From positions 1 through 15,151 of the forward strand of contig JAZBOO010000139.1 in assembly GCA_036351155.1 (NCBI GenBank): a DNA stretch of 15,151 nt, in the 5' to 3' direction. Within the stretch, counting starts at the first letter, position 1, and each line of letters begins with the position of its first letter. The notes beneath the pieces were generated by a model, which had not been told where the DNA came from, did no database searches, and worked only from the letters and a program-made list of their open reading frames with translations. The translations under genes were made by a program, and so were the position numbers. Of the stretch, positions 9,199-15,151 are shown in pieces. Source of the stretch: Candidatus Krumholzibacteriia bacterium. Its GTDB lineage: Bacteria > Krumholzibacteriota > Krumholzibacteriia > LZORAL124-64-63.

Positions 9199-10848
9199 CT
9201 ATTCTTCCCCCTGGATGACGTTGGAGGATTCCAGGAAGAAGTCTCCGGTGCCCGTGCGATCCACAAAAAGGAAGCGTGTGCCCATGCTACTGCGCGAGAA
9301 GCGGTTTTCGAACAATGGCTTGCCCAGGCCATCGTACTTCCAGAGCTCAAAGCCATAATCGTGTCGGGCCGATCCGGCAACCGCCTCCCGCTGGGTCTGG
9401 GCACGGTGCGAGTAGGGCATGGGGATGCCTCCGGTCACGGCGTAGGGATCGATATTCTGCGATCCGTCCTCACTGGATCCCTTGGACCAGACACTGGACC
9501 GATCCGGGGCAAAACGCTGGTAAACCTTGATCCGGGCGTCGTCCTGGTCGCGGAAATTCATGGGCAGCTTCTCGCCCTGCACTTCATCGGCAGGGCCCAG
9601 CATGATGAACACCACCCCTCGGTCATCGGCGGGGCCTGTAGGAAGAAATCCGCCCAGGAACTGTTCCACATAACCCATCCGGTACTGGAATTCCAGGTAG
9701 GCCTCGTTGACGGGGCTCTCCGGGTCGGGGTTGTGGGCGTCCCAGAAGAGGTCCAGCATTTTCTCTTGCTCGGCCGGGCTGGCCGCCTTGAAATCCTTCA
9801 GCTGAGACCCTTCAAATACCAGGTGTCCTTCGGCCAGCACCATGTCCCGGTGGCGGCCAAGGGTGTCCAGGCGCCAGATCACATCGAATCCCGACACCAC
9901 CGCCCGACCATGCCCCCCGAGAGGGGCCATGCTGAGACGATAGGACCCTTCGGGCAGCAGATTGACGTCCAGGGAATAGAAAAGACCCGCAGGAAGACCC
10001 GCTTCCAGAGTGGTGAGACCCCGCTGGTCGAAGGACAGGGTGTCCGTGATGCCGTAGGCCATGTCCAGGCTCACGAGCTGAAGCAAAACACCTGCGGTGC
10101 TTTCGGGGGAATGCACTCCGCCGGTGGGCGGCCAGACGGGTACGAAGAGCTGCAGGTGATCCTGTTCGATCCCGTAACGGCGGGAAGGATGCATGTAGTC
10201 ATGCAACCAGCCGCCGCCCTGCCCGCGCGTGTTGGAAGGGTTCCAGCGGTCCAGCGGGGCTTGAAAGAGATACAAGGGGTCCCCCAGGCTCACGCCCACC
10301 GGATGCCGGGGCGAATCGGGGGCAAACCAGTCTGCGGAGCATTCGCTGCTGACGTTTTCTTTCCGCATGGAATTCAGGATGCCTTCCTTGCGGCGGTTCA
10401 CGTCATAAACCCGGCACTTGAAGCGGGCCGAGCGGAAGGGGATATCCTCGATGATCAGGCCGAAATTCTGAAAAAGAGTGGCCGTGGCAGCCTCTTCCCG
10501 GCTCAGCGGAGGGGTACGGAAGGGGCGCTTTTCGGTGACGGTTTGCCCATCGGCCCCCACAAATTCCACCTCGACACGCAATCGTCCCACGAAACCACGG
10601 TCTTCATGATCGTAAGCCAGGGAGGCGTTTGACACCTCGATCATGACCAGAACGTCCAGGCGCTCATTATCCTGCCACCGGTTCACCACATCCACCGAAG
10701 TATGAAAATTTCCCCCTCCCTGAAGAGGAAGAACCATACCGGCCAAGGTGGAGCCAGGCAGCAGAAGAACGGCCCCGAGCAGAAGAAAGACCACGGTGGA
10801 AATAGAGGAAAAGGTGAGCCGGATGGGGTGGACCATGACAACAGCCAT
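9199..10848 (-). CDS. Exported GWxTD-domain protein (namesake motif degenerate), function unknown
   Basis: Signal peptide (..LLLPGSTLA) and a C-terminal block FWDAHNPDPESPVNEAYLEFQYRMGYVEQF..GPADDRGVVFIMLGPAD..ELWKY..FLFVDRTGTGDF matching the GWxTD pattern FW...DPxP....NE...E...R....GWxTDRG..YI..GPP. Start could be 10848 or 10836. Confidence 0.82.
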   Translation of the reverse strand: MAVVMVHPIRLTFSSISTVVFLLLGAVLLLPGSTLAGMVLPLQGGGNFHTSVDVVNRWQDNERLDVLVMIEVSNASLAYDHEDRGFVGRLRVEVEFVGADGQTVTEKRPFRTPPLSREEAATATLFQNFGLIIEDIPFRSARFKCRVYDVNRRKEGILNSMRKENVSSECSADWFAPDSPRHPVGVSLGDPLYLFQAPLDRWNPSNTRGQGGGWLHDYMHPSRRYGIEQDHLQLFVPVWPPTGGVHSPESTAGVLLQLVSLDMAYGITDTLSFDQRGLTTLEAGLPAGLFYSLDVNLLPEGSYRLSMAPLGGHGRAVVSGFDVIWRLDTLGRHRDMVLAEGHLVFEGSQLKDFKAASPAEQEKMLDLFWDAHNPDPESPVNEAYLEFQYRMGYVEQFLGGFLPTGPADDRGVVFIMLGPADEVQGEKLPMNFRDQDDARIKVYQRFAPDRSSVWSKGSSEDGSQNIDPYAVTGGIPMPYSHRAQTQREAVAGSARHDYGFELWKYDGLGKPLFENRFSRSSMGTRFLFVDRTGTGDFFLESSNVIQGEE

Positions 10849-10943
10849 CTTCAGGCCTTCGTTTTGGTGGAAGAAACCGATCCCCCTCGACCGGAATTGA
10901 CTGGATCAATTGAATCATCGCTTTGACCAGCCAACTGGTAATA

Positions 10944-10972
10944 ATTATACAGAACCCGAGAAGTTTTGGCCA
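10944..10972 (-). promoter_or_regulatory. Candidate sigma70-type promoter for the GWxTD gene
   Basis: Minus strand has a perfect TATAAT (10949-10944) with TGGCCA 17 nt upstream (4/6 match to TTGACA), in an AT-rich patch just downstream of a terminator and about 95 nt before the start codon. Confidence 0.45.
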
Positions 10973-10981
10973 GCCTCAGAT

Positions 10982-11012
10982 AAAAAAACCGCCCCGTGCA
11001 AGACGGGGCGGT
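10982..11012 (-). terminator. Intrinsic terminator after the PorV-family gene
   Basis: Perfect 10-bp stem ACCGCCCCGT (10988-10997) / ACGGGGCGGT (11003-11012), 5-nt loop, followed on the minus strand by a T-run (aaaaaaa, 10982-10988). Confidence 0.92.
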
Positions 11013-11078
11013 AGACAGGTCATTTCCGGAGGTTTGGACAGCTTGCGTCAGGCCGGCCAGAAAGCGGAACGTTCGGGG

Positions 11079-12011
11079 CTAGAACGTCACCGACAGACTC
11101 ATCCGGTGCAGGAGGCCCAGGGGTCCCATGTCGACTCCGCTGTAGTCGGCCTGCATCTTGGTGTTGCCTCCGGTGGGCAAGGCCGCACCAAACCCGTAGG
11201 CCGCACCATCGGTGTCATAATTGATGTGGTAGCCGGCACGCACGAAGAACTGCTGATTCAGGGTGTACTCCACCCCCACGTTGGCGCGTTCCAGGTTATC
11301 CGAGGGATGCTGGAACTCACCGGCCACCGCCAGATTCTGGTTCTCCGTCTTCCAGGCGTTGAAGCTGGCCCCGACCTTGAAGGTCACCGGCAGCTTGGAT
11401 TCGCGCTCATCGAAGGTGTAGGTCCCACCCAGGTTCTGGATGGTCATGCCCAGCTTCAGGTCGCGGATCCCGATCCGGTACATGATACCGAAATCGAAAG
11501 CCCCGGTATTGACCGCCGTCTCGGCCAGGCCCATGTGCAGATAGTTCATGGTGAACCCTGCAGAGAACTTGTCGGTGAAGAACCGCGAGTAGCTCAGGCC
11601 GAACGTGGTCGACCCGGAATCGAAGGTTTCACCGGTGCCCTCGGGGCTGTAGGCCGTCCGGACCAGCTGGGGGTCCATCCAGAACGACCGCACCGAGAAG
11701 GCAAAGGTGCCGGGAATGGACCGAGGATTGAATGCCAGCACCGCCGTGCTCAGCTTGGTGTCGGCAGCCCAGGAGACATGATTGACAGACACCTCATTAC
11801 CCAGGACATTGACCAATCCACCGGGATTCCAGAACACGGCCGATGCATCATCAGCCACTCCGGTGAAAGCGGACCCCATACCGGTGGCCCGGGCGCTCAC
11901 TCCTATTTTAAGGAACTGACCGCCAAAAGTACCGACCTTGGCAAATCCTGCAGCCATCACCATGGAAGGCAAAACCAACAGGATGGTGGTCAGAATCGCG
12001 ACGCGCTTCAT
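11079..12011 (-). CDS. PorV/PorQ-family (FadL-like) outer membrane beta-barrel, 310 aa
   Basis: Signal peptide, then the family-typical QFLKIGVSARATGMGSAFTGVADDASAVFWNPGGL; amphipathic beta-strands; C-terminal Phe (RMSLSVTF). ATG at 12011 is preceded by GGAGG. Confidence 0.88.
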   Translation of the reverse strand: MKRVAILTTILLVLPSMVMAAGFAKVGTFGGQFLKIGVSARATGMGSAFTGVADDASAVFWNPGGLVNVLGNEVSVNHVSWAADTKLSTAVLAFNPRSIPGTFAFSVRSFWMDPQLVRTAYSPEGTGETFDSGSTTFGLSYSRFFTDKFSAGFTMNYLHMGLAETAVNTGAFDFGIMYRIGIRDLKLGMTIQNLGGTYTFDERESKLPVTFKVGASFNAWKTENQNLAVAGEFQHPSDNLERANVGVEYTLNQQFFVRAGYHINYDTDGAAYGFGAALPTGGNTKMQADYSGVDMGPLGLLHRMSLSVTF

Positions 12012-12068
12012 GGAAACCTCCAGATCCGTCAAGAGACGGAGTTGACACAAACCTGCCCCAATGAACAG

Positions 12069-14930
12069 TTACCTGACGACAACAAACTTACCGATGAAAT
12101 CCTCGAAGCGATCATCATCGGACTGCACGGTGTAAAGGTAAATCCCGCTGACAACTTCCTGCCCGTTCCGGCTCATCAGATTCCAGCTTTCATGGCCCGT
12201 TCCGTCGGTGCCGTCGTGCCGGATTTCCTGCACGAGGTCACCGCTGACCGTGAAGATGGAGATCGTGTTCCGAGCCTGGGGCAGATTGGTGAACGTCACC
12301 CTCACACCTGTGGGGTCATCCCCGTTGGGGAACAGCTCCTGGTATTCGGCCAGAGCATCACGCGTGGCCGGGTTGGGGAACACATAGATGTTCACCCCGT
12401 TCTTGGCCCGATCTTCCGCCGTTTGCGACTCCGTGCCAGGAACCGTGTTGGTGAAAGAGGATCCGGGATCGCCGCCCAGCCCCTCGCCCACGGGTAACTG
12501 AATATTCAGGTCATTATCCGCGGGCAACAGAGCATGATCGGTGGCAGTCACCGAATAGAAATAAATGAACCCATTGTGAATATCCCTGTCAATGTACTCG
12601 TAATAACGGGTCGCGTGTTTTTCCACGATGCCGGCACCCTCGTCGGGGGCGCGGTAGGCCACCGCGAAGAACGTATCCAGGATGGCGGGATAGGTTTCCC
12701 AGGCCCGGATCACGTCGTAATCAGGGTTGGGCGTCCCATCGGAGAAGCGCAGGGGCGGCCGGATACTCAGCTGTCCCTCGGGATCATTATCCACCACTTC
12801 CTGCATGCCTTCGGCCAGGCCCTCGAAACGAGGATCGTCCAGGCAGCGGGGCCGATAGGTCACCACATCCAGACCCGTGTTCGCACCCAGCGGAATGGTG
12901 TCGAGCCGGGTGCCCACGCCGGGGATTTCCCGGGCCGACACGTAGCTGTTGACCAGATCGTATTCCGCAATCATCTGCCACAGGCCGCTCTCCGGCCCGT
13001 TGACTTCCGAAGACCCGTAGGGGCGATCCCAGTTGTCGGCCCGCCAGATCCGATAGGATTCGAAATCCACGGTCTGCAGGCGGATATCCTCGGCCAGCTC
13101 GCTGCTGTCATCCCAGAAAACGTGCACGCGGCTGTCGGCCGACCAGACCCGCAAACCCGGCGGAGGCGGAGCCATGCCCACCAACCAGTTGACCTGGGTT
13201 TCATTGCCGTCGACACCCGTACAGGCCGCGGTGTTGTCCGCCAGGGGATCATTGCAGGTCCACAATCCCGACTCGATGGCTCCTTCGGGGCAACCGCCGA
13301 GCTGACGCACACACTCGAAGCAGTTGTCCATGTTGAACATGGCGCAGGTCCGGACATCGCCGGGCCCGAAGGTGAAATTGAACATGTCCGTTTCCTGCAC
13401 CTGCTGATCAGCGTTGGCCAGCAGCCAATCCGCATTGACACAGGAGGTGTCCCCGTAGTCGGGATAAAAACGGTCCCAGGGATTTTCGGAGCCACCACTT
13501 TCGAAATCCTCGCGGCAGAGCATGGTCTCCCGACCCTGAATACCGATGTCAATGGTCTCGGTGTCGGAGTCGAGCATGAACTGCTCGGGAATGGTGTCGA
13601 CGTACACGCCGTACCAGGTCAGGGCGGCCTCGGCACAGTGATTCAGCAAACCGCGTCCACCGGCGGCATCGCCCAGGCCAGGGCCCACGACCATGCCCAC
13701 CTGAAAGTTGAGCGTTTCATCGGGTTCCAGTGTTCCGAAAGGACCGGCGGAAACCAGGAAACGGAAATCGGCCTGCTTGCCGGGAAGGGTATCCCCGTCC
13801 CATTCGTCGAAGTCGGCGGCCAGCAGCTGGTAGGCTTCGTCGTCATTGGTGGGGTCGCCACCCTGCTCGAAGCTGGTGCTTCCCTGGAACTTCTGGAAAG
13901 TCCGCATACCCACCCGGGTCGGGGCTTCCTGTCCCGTGGGATCGATGTCATGCCCCAGGAAGATGATGCCAAAGTATCCCTCGAGGGCGCCGCTTTCCGC
14001 CGCGTCCCACATGTAGCCGACTTCCACGGGCACCCAGCTGCCGTCCGAGGCCCGCACGGCTCCGCGATAAGATCCGGCCATGTCATCGTCAGCAATACCA
14101 CTGGCACCACGGGCACCAATATCACTGTCGGCAAAGAAGCCGATGTAGACCTTCTGGACGTCCGTCACCCCGATATTCGTGATGTTGTATTCGAACCCCA
14201 CGAAATCATCGACCTGGTCGTTTTCCCACTGGTAAGTGCTCTGCACGACCTGGAGGTTCATCGGTGTGTGGTCCGGGTTGTTTTCCTGGGCCAGACGGGT
14301 GTTGTCATAGTTGGTCAGCACCATCATCTGGTTGCCGATCTGCCCGAAATCCTCGTCGATCAGGCCGTCGCCGTCATCGTCCACCCCGTTGAGGGTTTCC
14401 TCGTCGATTTGGCCGTCACCATCGTCGTCGGCGTTGGGCATGGGCAGACGCCGGCCACTGGCCCCGCTGTTTCCGGCCGGCCGCAGCAGCTTGGTGCCCA
14501 CCGCCTCGTAGATGGTGTCTTCCAGCTCATCTTCCGGATAGAACTCACTGCTCCAGCCACCCGAGGAGACCAATCGCTCACCCAGGACCACTCCACCGAC
14601 CCAGAGACCGGCGGACCAGAGATATTCATCCCCGGATCCGGCAGGCCACTGACAGGAGGGCGCATCGGCAAAGGTGGTCGGCACCGAGAAGCCCGAACCG
14701 ATCAGCCCCCAGTTGGTGATGTTGATCTGCACCTCACCGACATTCATGACGTAGCTGCCGTCCAGGACGAAAATCCCGCCTGGGTTGTAACCCATTTCGA
14801 CGACAGGATTTTCCACATCCATCCGCGCGAAGGCGGATCCTGTCAGGCAAACCATCAACAGGAGCAGGCCCACCGACGGCAACACCGCCTGGCGGACTTT
14901 TCCTGGCTTGTTCATGATGGTTCCAATCAT
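12069..14930 (-). CDS. Large acidic exported protein (~950 aa) with DxDGDG motifs, Cys-rich segment, FN3-like domain and T9SS-type-A-like C-terminal domain
   Basis: Signal peptide ending GSAFA. C-terminus IYVFPNP...ISIFTVSGDLVQEI...SWNLMSRNGQEVVSGIYLYTV...GKFVVVR resembles the Por secretion tail/FlgD-Ig pattern (YPNP, IY+xxG, G.Y, KxxxK/R). Start uncertain (14957, 14936, 14930 or 14915); 14930 chosen for the AAAGGA just upstream. Confidence 0.85.
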   Translation of the reverse strand: MIGTIMNKPGKVRQAVLPSVGLLLLMVCLTGSAFARMDVENPVVEMGYNPGGIFVLDGSYVMNVGEVQINITNWGLIGSGFSVPTTFADAPSCQWPAGSGDEYLWSAGLWVGGVVLGERLVSSGGWSSEFYPEDELEDTIYEAVGTKLLRPAGNSGASGRRLPMPNADDDGDGQIDEETLNGVDDDGDGLIDEDFGQIGNQMMVLTNYDNTRLAQENNPDHTPMNLQVVQSTYQWENDQVDDFVGFEYNITNIGVTDVQKVYIGFFADSDIGARGASGIADDDMAGSYRGAVRASDGSWVPVEVGYMWDAAESGALEGYFGIIFLGHDIDPTGQEAPTRVGMRTFQKFQGSTSFEQGGDPTNDDEAYQLLAADFDEWDGDTLPGKQADFRFLVSAGPFGTLEPDETLNFQVGMVVGPGLGDAAGGRGLLNHCAEAALTWYGVYVDTIPEQFMLDSDTETIDIGIQGRETMLCREDFESGGSENPWDRFYPDYGDTSCVNADWLLANADQQVQETDMFNFTFGPGDVRTCAMFNMDNCFECVRQLGGCPEGAIESGLWTCNDPLADNTAACTGVDGNETQVNWLVGMAPPPPGLRVWSADSRVHVFWDDSSELAEDIRLQTVDFESYRIWRADNWDRPYGSSEVNGPESGLWQMIAEYDLVNSYVSAREIPGVGTRLDTIPLGANTGLDVVTYRPRCLDDPRFEGLAEGMQEVVDNDPEGQLSIRPPLRFSDGTPNPDYDVIRAWETYPAILDTFFAVAYRAPDEGAGIVEKHATRYYEYIDRDIHNGFIYFYSVTATDHALLPADNDLNIQLPVGEGLGGDPGSSFTNTVPGTESQTAEDRAKNGVNIYVFPNPATRDALAEYQELFPNGDDPTGVRVTFTNLPQARNTISIFTVSGDLVQEIRHDGTDGTGHESWNLMSRNGQEVVSGIYLYTVQSDDDRFEDFIGKFVVVR

Positions 14931-14982
14931 TGCCATCCTTTCAACGGGAGCCCGCAAGGCAGGCCCTCAACTTTACGCCCCG

Positions 14983-15150
14983 TTAGAAATAGTAACCGAC
15001 ACCGACGCGGAACAGGCGATGAGCGCCAAAGGTCCGCGGATCCGTGATCGGTATATATTCGTCCTGACCATCGCCGTCGGCGTCCTGCAGAATGGCCGCC
15101 CCGAATTTTCCGGTTTCGGTCAGATACGGCATGCCGGCATAGCCGGCACC
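14983..15150 (-). CDS. C-terminal 55 aa of an outer membrane beta-barrel protein, probably a TonB-dependent receptor (5' part outside the window)
   Basis: Not in the ORF track. Hand translation: GAGYAGMPYLTETGKFGAAILQDADGDGQDEYIPITDPRTFGAHRLFRVGVGYYF* (TAA at 14985-14983). It ends in an amphipathic strand with terminal Phe (BAM beta-signal), and DP..FG..R..R.G...F resembles TonB-dependent receptor termini. The barrel call is firmer than the receptor call. Confidence 0.68.
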   Translation of the reverse strand, partial: GAGYAGMPYLTETGKFGAAILQDADGDGQDEYIPITDPRTFGAHRLFRVGVGYYF

Positions 15151-15151
15151 G

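Noticed and set aside
9172..12497. Plus-strand ORFs 9172-10632 and 10923-12497
   Set aside because: They are antisense to the GWxTD and PorV-family genes, which carry clear family motifs and signal peptides; the second also runs through a terminator.
12534..15047. 837-aa plus-strand ORF
   Set aside because: Antisense shadow of the large CTD protein. It has no recognisable motifs, and long stop-free antisense frames are expected in high-GC genes with biased codon use.

Overview
GC-rich, gene-dense bacterial chromosomal window with almost all genes on the minus strand. The gene content (PorV-like barrel, T9SS-type C-terminal domain, GWxTD protein, paired ExbD) suggests an FCB-superphylum organism; this is inference only. 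The left part is housekeeping: partial mreB, radC, a divergently transcribed aspartate kinase with an unrecognisable C-terminal region, and a rhomboid protease with a helical (TPR-like) tail. The middle holds a tolC plus MacB/LolD-type ABC ATPase pair with no permease or adaptor, preceded by an 11-bp-period tandem repeat. The right part is a co-oriented outer-membrane cluster, in transcription order: probable TonB-dependent receptor (C-terminus only, missed by the ORF track), a ~950-aa acidic exported protein with a T9SS-like CTD, a PorV-family barrel, a terminator, a GWxTD-domain protein, exbB-exbD-exbD-tonB, and a terminator. This cluster is the best candidate for a poorly described system: a TonB-energised receptor with a PorV-tethered surface partner, functionally analogous to SusCD. 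No rRNA, tRNA, CRISPR array or mobile element was recognised. All family calls come from motif recognition by eye; no database search was run.
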